A stretch of DNA of 64,000 nucleotides. Source: Marsupella aquatica. Its lineage: Eukaryota > Plantae > Marchantiophyta. Of the stretch, positions 25,301-37,497 are shown one piece after another. Below the pieces are notes generated by a model that made no database searches, was not told the DNA's origin, and worked only from the letters and a program-made list of their open reading frames with translations. The stretch spans positions 6,543,708 to 6,607,707 of the forward strand of contig OZ316891.1 of NCBI GenBank assembly GCA_973895155.1, written 5' to 3'. How positions within the stretch are numbered: the stretch's first letter is position 1; every line of letters begins with the position of its first letter. A program made the translations under genes and the position numbers.

Positions 25301-27584
25301 CTTTGACTGCAAGTCCAGATGCAAGGCGACTCCTCTTCTTGATTGCATTGTTAGAGGGCGACCATTTGCCAGAAACCCTGGTGAGGTATTTTTACAAATG
25401 GATTCAACCGGCTCAATCCACAGCTTTCCACAAATGGAACTACGAGAACCAGGAGAAGTACCTGGCAGACAGGTCATTGATTGATTTGCACATGCAAGGA
25501 AATGAGTCAACGTGGGAGAGGATGCCCTACATGCGGGGGCAAAGAACTTTGGCTGGTCATTGCTTGAGGATGCGCTTCATTCGGGAGAGGAAGTCTCTCG
25601 AAGTGCGGTCCATCGCTGCTCAAATATTAAAAAGCAGTAATCAAGGTGGAACTGAACTTATTGAGAAAGGGGACGCAGAGGCAACGCTGTGACTATCTTG
25701 AGTGCAATTTACTTCCAAGAACCGTTCACGGATGTCCTAGTAAATACTCTCGAAAAGCATCGTCGAACAATCTATGATGGCACCATTGCTCGGAGCCTCA
25801 GTACGGGCATCGATCCACATGATCTTGTAAAGATGACAAGGCGAACGACAAGGTACGAAATCAAAGATCTAGTCTGGCTCATTAATGTCGATCGTGGAGA
25901 TCCTGCTTGGAAGCAGCAAGCACATGGGTATGCCAAAAAGGTACGACTGCCTATCATATTCTGCCAAAACAATTCGCCTTCAAATACCATAGTACATATC
26001 TCAGCTGGAAAAAATCAACCGTGATTAGTGATGCACGCAATGTCCAATTCCTTCGTTCTAAATTTTCAGTGTCTGTGAGTAAAATTGAAATCCATACTGA
26101 CTTGATGCTTAACTGGCCTGAGAACACGATTTAAGATTGAAAGGAATAGAAATTATGGAGAATAATGGGATTGCCAGGTCTGCAATCCAAGGTTCGATGT
26201 AGTTCACAAAACCAGAATGCCACTATTAAAGCTATGACAAAGTACACAGTAAACTATGGATCGACTTCGTGTTTCATCTGGTTTCTCCCAATTCAAGCAT
26301 CAATTGTTTACTAATGACACTTACGTTTCCTATTTGGTGATAGATTATTATCAAGCTAGCCTATCAAGGCAAATTGGACGACAACAGTATGGCAAGCTTG
26401 CTTCAACTCCCTCAAACAACCTCAGTTGCATGTGCAGTAGTCAAGGGCTACGGTAATTCCTGGGGTGCTTTTGATGTAATGCCACCATTTTCAAGCGCAC
26501 ATGGCGAGACAATGAATGCTCTGCTCGCTCTCTTGCGTGATGATGGTGCATCAACCACCAGACGAGTTCCTGTAATTGGTGCTCTTCGGGCTGTACTTCA
26601 CTACGAGAGCAAAGATACAATCCTCAGCGTGGCCCCTAAGTGTATGGAACTGCTGGCCATGGATTTCAGTGACTCTACTCTCCAGACTGCTGTAGCGCGA
26701 AGCCTTGAAAGGTATACAAGAGAAACAATTGTAATTGGCGAATTTACTGGAATCTCGGATCTCCTCGTGGCGTTACTAGTCTCCGTAAAAGACTACGAGG
26801 TCCGTATTTCTGCAGGACTTTCCCTTGAGAGCTTATGTCGCTGGAAGTGTGCTGCCCTCAAGGTAGCAGCCATACCAGACGCCGTCGAAAAGCTCTTCAA
26901 TTTGTTCCTCACAACAGTGACACCCTCACAGGTTGCATCCACTGAGCTGGAAAGTCCATTCCTCTGCAATCGGGCAGGATACATATTGATTGAGCTGGCA
27001 TCCGTGGAAGAGAACAGGATCAAATTCCGTACCATCCAGAGCGGTTCATTACATGGCCTTGGAAATATCCTGGCTCGACTCAAGGAAACTTGGCAGGGCA
27101 CTCATAGCGAGCAGCATCGGACAGAATTGATGGAACGAGCTTCTATGGCTGCCGGAATACTGGATCAGCTAGCACGGGACAAGGAGCTGAGACATTCCAT
27201 TGCTTCATTGCCTGGGCTTGAGGAAGGTTTGCTATTCTTGCAACTTATCGAGATTGATACAATCAATGATTACACTTGGGTGTGGCCCATTAATTCTACT
27301 AGGGTGCTTACAAAGCTCTGCTACGCTTCAACAAACCCAAGATTGAGAGACGTACCAACTCTGAAACAACTACAAGCAGTATCTTCTTCTCCAGCGATGG
27401 GAGCGAGGGAATGCTTCGGAATATATTGGAGTCGATTTCAAGTCCATTGTGGAATGGGAGCGTACGAGGAGGCTCTTGAAAACTTGGAACTCGCTCAACT
27501 GCATTTTGACCAGCTCCAGACTCCGGATAGGCTCGGGGTATTGGGAATCGACATAATGGTGATGATGTTCGGTAATATGGCGAT

Positions 27585-30500
27585 TGTTAGATATTGCTAT
27601 AGCCTTGTGACTCATGAGCTAACCATAGTTAGTCTAACTCGGGTTAGGATTAAGCTAATGTTAGCGGTAGTGTTGTTGTGCATATAGCCAGGGCTGATGC
27701 CAGACCCTGGGTGGAACTTAGGCTCATTGTTACGGAGCTAGTTGAGAGATAGGGAGAGCTTGTGCTGTGGATGTTTGGTATGGCCGGTCGGCCTAGAGTG
27801 CAGTAAAGCTCTTGTGTGTTCCCGTGGACGTAGCCTCATGTGGAGGTGAACCACGTATCTCTCTGTGTCGACTATTGTGCGTTGGATGGTTCATGGGCTT
27901 GCCGTTACGAATGTCGTCTATGCTCAACAAGTGGTATCAGAGCATGCCTGGGAGGTGACGAGGTTTTTTCGTGACGGGTTTTCCAGCGTTCATTGTCGAT
28001 GGTACATTAGGAGTTTCGTTGCATGAAACTCGAATGTGTGTGGCTGTACGGATAGGTTAGTGAGAGGGCCTTCTAACGGTGGTTAGAACTCGCTGATTGT
28101 TATCCGTGGTGCGGAGGAATTGAAGTTTGTGTCGTTCATGATTTATTCGTGTTCGACGGTATTTCGGGGGAGAGACCAGAGATCGCGTATTTCAACGGTG
28201 TGAGCTGTGCGATACGGGAGAGATCGCACATTATAGCTCAAAGTGAAGGTTGAAGCGAGCTGGTCATTTTGGTAGCTGGATTGTTGTCGAGTTATTACCG
28301 AGTGTGACGTGACGAGTGACGGAGGCATTCAGGTTTTTTCACAAGCTATGGAGCTTGTTCTCATCTGAATCGGGTTTCCCTTTGTGACGTCTGACTCGGT
28401 GGAAGAACCGCGAAGTGCTACGGCTCAACGGTTTGATCGCGGCGAGCCGGTTGTTTTGAGCCCGGGATTGGCACTTGACGCGGAGTGAAGACGTCACGAT
28501 GAAAAGTTTTACTCTACTTGGAGTTGCAGATTGTACCAGCGCAATTCATCAACTTCACCCATCGGCGGTGGTCACTTTTCTCAAGCAAATGGCAAGGCAA
28601 GAGTGTCATTTTTTGCTTTGAGTGGCAGTTTTTTTTAAGGGTACTATAAGTGATTTTTTCCCCCTTAAAAGCTTTTGCGACACTCAGGAGCGCCGGCGCC
28701 CCTCCCCGGCGCACGGCGTCGTTTCGCCCCCCCTCCGACCCTGTATCAGGCTGCGGATGCCGTAGCTGCTCCGCTGCCATTCCCTGTTCGCCCCTTCATA
28801 CGCCCTGCCCGCATACTCCTGACCTTTATACAGGGTATTTTTGGGTCATAAGGGGCTTTGCACCCCCTTTAGGGCCTTATTTAACCCTTTTTCCCCGGCT
28901 CTTCAAATTGGCTTTCCCGGGACCGGTGACCCGGCGCTTTAACCGCTTCGACAGGGGGAACTGCCCCTGTGAGACCTGTCGGACTGTACGAGAATATTCC
29001 CAAAAAACAGAGAGCTGTTTTTTGGCCGTCCGACAAAGATTCCGCGTGCCGAACGATAACTTTTTTGGTTCTTCTTCGGCGTGGTGGTGGCCATTGGAGT
29101 TAGCAATGCGGCGCACCGATCACATCGCGATTCCGACGACAGGTTGTACTGGGTATTTTGGTTATTCTCCAAGGTGGTTAGAACGGGGGAGTTTCCCAAG
29201 GTTTTACCCACCCCGACCGAAATTTGAATAACTTTTTCGTCAAATTTTGATTGTGATTTCGGCTTTCAGTATTGGACTCCTAGCTTCGTGGGCTACGCGG
29301 TGGTGTTGAGTTTTGAGTTTTATGAGAAGTTTCAAAAAAAGACATTTTTTCGTGATTGTTTCATATGAGTGCCTCGGAGGATACTGGAAGAATTGGCGTC
29401 AGTAGAGCTTCAGGATTGTGAAGATCAGACGGTGAGTCTGAGGAGGAGCTGCTACCGTTTGAGGAAGAACTAGTGTCACCGGTAAGATCACCGGTGTGGC
29501 GTGCAGTGGAGGAAGCTGTGTTACTACCAGAGCTGTCCGTAGTTAAAAAGAAGAGGGAGATGGCTAGATTTGGAGGAGTGAAGTTTGAGGTGGAGAAGTA
29601 CGATGGTCGTATTGATTACTTGCTCTGGGAGAAGCAAGTGAAGGGTGTCCTTCGGGCCATGGGCTTAGCTCATCTGCTCTCTTCGCGAGAGCAGTATGAT
29701 GGAGAAGAGGAGATCTCAGAGAAGCAGTGGAGATAGGAGCAGGTGATTGCTGTCAATGCAATGATGCTATATCTCAAGCCGCACATCATCAAGCAGCTGG
29801 ATGATTATGCGGATTGCGCATCACTATTCAAGGCTCTAAGAGAGAAGTACTACCGGGAAGATGCGTCAGACCGGCTGTACAAGAAGTCTCTCTTGATGAG
29901 CCTCAGGCTCAAGGAAGGGAGCAAGATGCAGGATCACCTGGATGAGTTTGACAGTCTAGCGGTGGATCTGTCAAACCTGGGAAAAGGAGTTGAAGATGAG
30001 GATAAGGCCTTGCTTCTGCTAAGCTCCTTACCGCCGTCATATCAGGGTTTGAAATAGGTGCTCTTGTATAGAGATCTGAAGTCCATTTCATATAATGAGG
30101 TGGTGAGCTCCTTGCTGTCTGATGATGCTCAGAAGAAGTTGGGTCATTCACAGACAGCATCTTCTTCTGGCACTGCGCTGAACGTGAACTGTGGTAGACC
30201 AGCACAGCACTCAAATGGGTAGAATAGGTTTAGATCTACATCACGAGGGAGATCTAAATCCAGAGGGAAATCGCAAGAGAGAAAGCCTCTTGCATGTTGG
30301 AGATGTGGCAAGCAAGGCCACATGAAAAGGGATTGTCGAGTAAAGGATCCTACTGCTTCAGCTAACGCGGCTTCGAGCTCGCATGAGGTAGATTTGCTCG
30401 ATGATGATGACATATTGTGATGCCAAGGTTATGCTCTCAACGTAGTGTCAAATCCAGGTAGTGATGACTGGATTCTAGATAGTGCATGTACTTTTCATAT

Positions 30501-33500
30501 TTGCTCTAGGAGAGATTTTTTCAGTTCTTACACGGTTTCCAACGGGTCAGTGTTGATGGGAAATGGAATCCCATGTCAAGTTGTTGGACTTGGATCTGTA
30601 AGATTTCAGATGTTTGATGGTGCTGTGAGAATGTTGAGGAATGTGAGACATATTCTCAGCATGATGAAAAATCTCATTTTACTTGGAGTTTTATAAGCAA
30701 ATGGCCATCAGTGGAGTTCTGCTAATGGTGTCCTTCAGGTTTCAACTGGTACTAAAGTTGTATTGAAGGGAAAGAGACATAGCAATCTATACGTTTTGGA
30801 GGGCAATGTAGTTTGTGATGAAGCCAATGTAACCTTATCTCATGAGGAGACGGCCCGGCTGTGGCACTTCCGTTTGGGCCACATGAGTGAAAAAGGTTTG
30901 GTTATTCTTCAGAAGAGGATTACTTTCTAATTTGCAATCTTGTAAGTTGGAATTTTGTGAGCACTGTGTGCTAGGAAAGCAGCACAGGAAACCCTTCGGA
31001 GTTGGAACTCACACCAACAAGGAGGTACTTGAGTATGTACATAGTGATGTGTGGGGTCCAGTCCCTACTCCCTCACATTCTGGACGGTTATACTATGTCA
31101 CGTTCATAGACGATTACTCAAGGTATGTGTGGATATACTTTTTACACAATAAGTCTGATGTTTTTGCCACTTTTAAGGAGTGGAAAGCCCAAGTTAAGAA
31201 TCAGACTGGTAATAAGGTGAGATATCTTTGATCGGATAATGGCGGTGAATACAATTCCAGGGAATTTGGAACGTATTGTAAGGAGCAGGGGATTACCCGC
31301 GCGCCATCTCACAACAAGTTATACTCCTCAGCAAAATGGTGTTTCTGAGAGACTCAACCGAACACTATTGGACCGCTCGAGGAGTATGTTGAGTCAATCA
31401 TGCTTACCACATGAATTTTGGGCTGAAGCTCTCAACACTACAGCTTATTTGGTAAATTTTTCTCCATCCAGTTCTATTGGATTCAAGACGCCATTTGAAA
31501 TGAGGTACGGGCGTCCAGCAGATTACTCACATCTGAGGATTTTTGGATGTGATGCTTATGTGCTTACACCTTCCCAGCTTCGATCCAAGCTGGAGTCCAA
31601 GTCGAAGAAGTGCATTTTCCTTGGCTATCAGAAAGGTGTGAAGGGTTATAGGTTATAGGATCCAGTAACCTGTAAGTTAATTGTCAGTAGAGATGTGTCC
31701 TTTAATGAATCCAGATCATCAAAGGAGGGGGAGAGTTCTCAGGACTCCCATACTGACAAGGGGAAATCTCCCATCCCGGACCGGGTTGAGGGGAAGATTA
31801 GTCATGATGCTATTCATGACAGGAGAGATGGAGAAGCTCCGGGCTTGGAGCTGGTTCCTGTGATGGAACAAGAGGAGCAGATTGTTGCTAGGGTACCTCA
31901 AATTCAACCAGCAGCAGTAGATCAGCCTGAGTCATCTACTAGAGGAACTTCCAGTCGTTCTACTAGAGCTCCTACCAGGTATGGTCAATGTGCAGACTCA
32001 TCTAAGCTAGATGATATTGACATTGCATCTGATGATGATGACATGGCTTTGATCTTGGAAGAAGGAGAGTCTTCTTCATATAGTGAGGCTTGTGCTTCAG
32101 AGCAGAAGCATGAGTGGAATGCAGCAATGCAGAGGGAGTTGCAATCTTTGAGTGACAACAAGACATGGGAGCTGGTGGAGCTTCCAAGAGGTCAGCAAGT
32201 GGTGGACAGCAAGTGGATTTACAAGTTGAAGGACAGTCCTTCAGAGGGTGGAGATAAGATCTACAAGACAAGGCTTGTTGCCAAGGGGTTCACTCAGGAG
32301 AAAAGAGTGGACTACAATGAGGTCTTTTCACCGGTGGCTAAGTATTCCACAATTCGGATCTTGTGTCAGCTTGTTGTGTTTTTTAATCTGGTGATGGATC
32401 AGATGGATATTATTACTGCTTTTCTCTATGGCAACTTGGAAGAGATGATCTTCATGAGACAGCCATTAGGCTTTATGAAAAAGGGCCAAGAGAACTTAGT
32501 TTGCAGATTGCTCAAGTCCTTGTATGGATTGAAGCAGTCTACCAGACAGTGGAACAAGCGATTTGATGATTTCATGCTTGCTCAAGGTTTTACAAGGATG
32601 GTGTATGATCCTTGTGTGTATACGAAATCAGTCAAGAATGATGTATTTGGTTTCATCATTCTGGTGATCTATGTGGATGACATGTTGATTGTGGCTAAAG
32701 ATCAATCTGAGGTTGACAGTCTCAAGGCGAAATTGAGTGCTGAATTCAGGATGAAGGATCTTGGTAAGGCCAAGAGGATCTTAGGGATGGAGATTTTTTG
32801 GAACTCTGATACTTGACAGTTGTGCTTGAGTCAAGGCCAGTATGCGAGGAAAGTACTTGCACGATTCAACATGGAAAATTGTAAGCCAGTTCCGAGTATT
32901 CCTTTAGCTTCACATTTCAAGTTATCATCGGCTTTCTCTCCTACGGATGCTATGAAGAAAGGTCTGATGGCTAAGATTCCTTATGAGAAGGCAGTAGGTA
33001 GTCTGATGTATTTGATGACTTATACTAGGCCTGACTTGGCCCTAGCGATGGGCAAGGTTAGCAGATTCATGTCAAATCCAGGGAAGGTACATTGGGAAGC
33101 TGTGAAATGGATTCTCAGGTATCTCAAGGGTACCCAGGACTATGGATTACTATTTTATAACAGATCAGATAGAACGTTGGTTGGCTATGTAGATTCTGAC
33201 TATGGAAGCTGTCTGGATACAAGGAGGTCTACAACTGGGTTTGTATTTACTCTTGGAGGAGGATGCATCAGTTGGAAATCTACCTTGCAGAAGTGTATAT
33301 CTCAGTCTACTACAGAAGCAGAGTATGTTGCAGCAGCAGAAGCAGCAAAGGAAGCAATTTGGTTGGACAAGTTAATTGCGGAGATGGGTTTAGAGCATGG
33401 CAAAATGACTCTAAACTGTGATAGTCAGAGTGCTCTTCACTTGGCTGCTAACCAGGTGATGGATAGCAGGGTGAAGCACATTGATGTCAGGTACCATTTT

Positions 33501-34193
33501 ATCAGGCAAGCAATGTCTGATAAAACTTTTGAGCTAGTCAAGATTGATGGAAAACTCAATCCCGCTGATGCCTTTACCAAGGTGATTCCTTTGGAGAGTT
33601 TCTCAAGACACCGTGCTACTTTGCAGGTTTTGCAGTTGTAGTGCAAGTAGAGTTATTTAGCAATGTGTGACTATTTGTATATGGATTACTCATTCCTGTT
33701 TGGCTACGGCTTAGTTCTAGTTAACCCTTAGTTAACCCTTGTGGTTTTTAGGGGGAGACCTGGTTTGGTGATTGTCTAGAACTTCCCGCTGAGGATTCCA
33801 TATGGTAGCATTTAGTCTAGTCCCCAAGACAAGAGTCAAGGGGGAGTTTGTTAGATATTGCTCTAGCCTTGTGACTCATGAGCTAACCACAGTTAGTCTA
33901 ACTCAGGTTAGGACTAAGCTAATGTTAGCGGTTGTGCTGTTGTGCATATAGCCAGGGCTGATGCCAGACCCTAGGTGGAACTTAGGCTCATTGTTACGGA
34001 GCTAGTTGAGAGATAGGGAGAGCTTGTGCTATGGATGCTTGGTATGGCCGGTCGGCCTAGAGTGCAGTCAAGCTCTTGTGTGTTCCCGTGGACGTAGCCT
34101 CATGTGGAGGTGAACCACGTATCTCTCTGTGTTGACTATTGTGCGTTGGATGGTTCATGGGCTTGCCGTTACGAATGTCGTCTAAGCTCAACA
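27585..34193 (+). mobile_element. Full-length Ty1/copia LTR retrotransposon, decayed
   Basis: 345-bp LTRs 27585-27929 and 33849-34193 (TG..CA, about 12 differences by eye); PBS TGGTATCAGAGC at 27932; PPT before 33849; TSD gcgat/acgat. Confidence 0.97.
29560..33641 (+). pseudogene. Copia gag-pol (gag, CCHC knuckle, protease, integrase, RT, RNase H) with many stops and frameshifts
   Basis: KFEVEKYDG, CWRCGKQGH, WILDSAC, HSDVWGP, TPQQNGVSER, LYGLKQS, IYVDDML, SQSTTEAEY, KHIDVRYHF. Confidence 0.96.
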
Positions 34194-37156
34194 ACGATGA
34201 AGTTCAGTTACGCTGCAGAAATGTTGAGGTACGAAACTGCTCGGATTGTGTACATTGAGCTTGGCTTGTGTGCCTTTGAGAAATGGCTTGTGTTCCCAAA
34301 GTGTAATCTTCGATTTAGATTTATGTGTGAGGTCCTTAGGGCTGTCCTGCAAGTGCCATCGTCTTAAAAAAATGGGGCCCTTATGACTCCTAAATTGTTG
34401 GCAAAAAGGTCATCTCTGCTACTTAAAGATGTGTGCCCTACCCACTCACCCGCCTGTCCTTCTTTGTCGCTTTCTTTCCTTCCTTCTAGGGCAATATATT
34501 GTCTTATTCATATATCAAAAGTTGGGACTCTGAAGGGCAGGAAACTTTCTGGCCCTTGCCCTTCAAACTCCTTGTTTTCTGCCGTGAGGACTGCATGGTG
34601 AGGGGGAAAGCTTGGCTCACTCATAGGCTCATAGCCCGAGAGACATTAAGTAAAGGGCCGAGTTTTTAGGACCGTCTACATGCAAGACGGCCCTTGGGGC
34701 TCTCTTGTATGTGTGAGGTCCTTAGTTTTCCTGCCCTCCACTCCACAGATGGCACTAACTGAGAATTTTGTGGAAGAACCTACTATTCAGGCAGGTCTTA
34801 TGGCATGCAAAGGTGGAGAACCAGGGGCAGGGGCTGCAAACTTTGCAGCCTTGAGGTCCTGTCCTGAGGTCCTGTCCTTTAGAATCAACATAAGACAGGC
34901 AAAGCAGACAACACAGTGAGTCAGGAAACGACCAAAAATCAAGAAGAAAAAAAGTGTGGGCCTCGTACTGAGCATGACAAGAGGATATAAATCCTACAAT
35001 TCAGGGAAAGGTACGGCCCGCTTGTTTTAGGACCACGGCCCGAGTTCACATTAGCAATTTTAATAATGATCAATTTAAGGTGGAAATTTAAAGGGATAGA
35101 AACAACTCTCAGGTTCTAATTTTGAGCTTGACAACTATAGTAATCAAAAGTGCTAGCAGGTCACCCAAGGGACGTCATCAATTGTTGCCAAAGATAGATA
35201 CACAAGTAAATTCCCTCTTCTCCTGCCCCTGACGCCATGCAATACAATGGATGGGTTCGTAATGCCTATTAATCTTAATTCATTTTTAATGTTGAAGGCA
35301 CCAGAACGCTTGGGCACCTGGTTCATAATACCTTTAAATAATATGAAATAAATGATAAATTACAGTCATCCGAATTGGTTAGTGGGTTTAGTGTAAAGTG
35401 TGGACAGTGAGTAATTTTAGGAATTCATAACTCTGTCAATTCTTCATGAATAGAAATATTAGACTAGTGGGAAAGATCTTTCCAATCCACATCTAATGAT
35501 CCCAAGAAGAGCCAATTCTGCTGGACAGAAAGGGAGAATGATGTTGAAGGTCAAACTTTGCTATTGAAAACTCTTTGGAAATGAGAAGTTGTCAATGAGT
35601 GAAGGTGTTAAACCAAGGTGTCATGGTCCATGGGGGTTGTATGGTTGATGGTCTCGGTCCATGTGAACAACACTTTTGCTTTGGGCAGATGTGTGAATGC
35701 CCTGTGCAGGTTTTCAACTACGAAGCACTCCAAAAATCAGAAAACTTTAAGTCCAGCTCCAGGCACAGTAAAGGCCACACTGTAAAACCCTTCCAAAGCA
35801 ATGTTTCAGGAAAAGCACCAAGGCAAGCCTAGTACCCTTGGGCTTTATCCATAAAAATGCCCTTGTGAGAGGGCTTCACTATACACAAGCTTCTCAGTGT
35901 GGTGTGTGAGAAGGAACTCAAGTTATTTGGAGGTCTATGTCCCCTCTACTTCCATATTAAGATGTCATATGCAGTTCCACAGGTCAATTGACACACCGAC
36001 CTGTGCACACAGGTGGGATAGGATATTTCTTGAAGCTATGTTGGGGGATTACACAAGGGCCTTATTGGGTGCAGATGGGGAAGTTGAGAGGGCCCAGCAA
36101 TCTAACCTCCCAATATACTTAAGACGGAGAGCTGAGAATTGCGGGCAGCAGTCTAACCTCTATCTATACTTGACATGGAGAGGAATTGTACGGAGGCTAT
36201 GCAGAGATTTATCAGGGGCGCTTGATGACTTGGATGCAGTTTATCAACTGAGGCAAGGCCTTGGGCAAGAAAACAATTCTGATTTTGCTATCCTCCAGCA
36301 TAGAGGCTACATCAAATATTTAATGAAGGATGAAGTTGGAGCTAGGGCAGATGCAGAAGCTGCCCAACAGCTACAACGTAAAACTACTCGTCATGTTATT
36401 GGTATTGAAACTGTTAGAGATTATGAGTGTATTTTTGGGCCTTGGGATGTACTGGTAAACTATTTGGGTTACTTTTCCTCCTCTAAGTCAAGTCTCTTTT
36501 AGATTTATGTCCAGTCACATTAGCATGGTTGACGCTACTGCTGTCCTTAGTTTATGCTCTAGCAGAACTAGGAATGGCTTGTGGGCCATGTTTGCACCCT
36601 CAATATCTTTGAGGGGAGTCTTTGACAGCCTAAAAGTACAGGTGACCACCACTCTTAGAAAATTTGGCAGCCTCTACATTGGGTGGTCAGCCTACCTAAA
36701 TTTCCCAATTCAGGGTACCGGTGGGAAACAAGAGTGACGGAGAATACTCATCTCCATTATCATTGTTTTTTAGGTTTTAAGCAAAAATGGGCAGCACTGG
36801 GGGAGTTCTAATTGGTCCACGGGTCTGAACCCTCAAAACTTGATGTACCCCAACTACTTGGTTAAATTTTTGGGTCTGCATTAAAGAACAATAGGCCCAT
36901 ATTAAATGGGTCATATTCCATGAAGTTGTCAAAGAAAAGGGTTGTTGTGTCATGTACATGAATTGGACATGTGTCATGTGTCATGTTCTAATTGGTAGCC
37001 TGTCACTGTGTAATTGGTACACGTGTATATCCCAAAGAATAGTTAATTTAACTTTTCCCAAGAGAATAGCTAAAAGCATGCATGGATGTAGGGTTTGGGC
37101 CTTTATATTTAGTGGCAAACCAATTTCATGGAGCCTCAATTGTTGCTGCTGTTACT

Positions 37157-37453
37157 CTCGGGGGTCTCACTATATGGGGACCTCCCCATCGCCTGCGACG
37201 TTTTTAGGGCTCGGACCCCCTAAAATGTAAGAAAAAAAAATTATTTTTTAACCCCTATAAAGTTGGAATATTCTTGGAATATTCTAAAAATTGGATTAAA
37301 AAGGCTCTAATGTTCTTATAAGTCTCAAAATTGAATTTGAAAGACCCTATTGTTCTTCTACAAAAATTCTTAAGTCTTCCCTTAGAACCAATAAAATGAC
37401 CCTATCCTTCGTCGCACGTGATATGCCATTTTTGTGGAAGTGAAACCCCCGAG
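37157..37453. mobile_element. 297-bp MITE, copy 2
   Basis: Same TIRs as 468-764; 8-bp TSD ctgttact at 37149-37156 and 37454-37461. Confidence 0.93.
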
Positions 37454-37497
37454 CTGTTACTGGAGGAGGGCTAGCTATAGAAGGGCTATGGAAGGGC

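Larger units (their letters stand above)
23778..36502 (+). pseudogene. Non-canonical NLR-like STAND gene: helical N-terminus, NB-ARC, ARM-like, TPR-like. Exons 23778-24857, 25072-25940, 26344-27584 + 34199-34228, 36013-36502
   Basis: P-loop GGPGLGKSS, kinase-2 LIVLDDVWE, RNBS-B FLVTSQ, GLPL-like GYLPLSL; C-terminal TPR-like WRGIVRRLCRDLSGALDDLDA and HRGYIKYLMKDEVGARADAEAA; splice phases consistent; frameshift near 25690; copia inserted in exon 3. Confidence 0.8.

Noticed and set aside
28514-29231. 193-aa and overlapping ORFs in the copia leader
   Set aside because: GC-rich untranslated region between PBS and gag with no recognisable domain.
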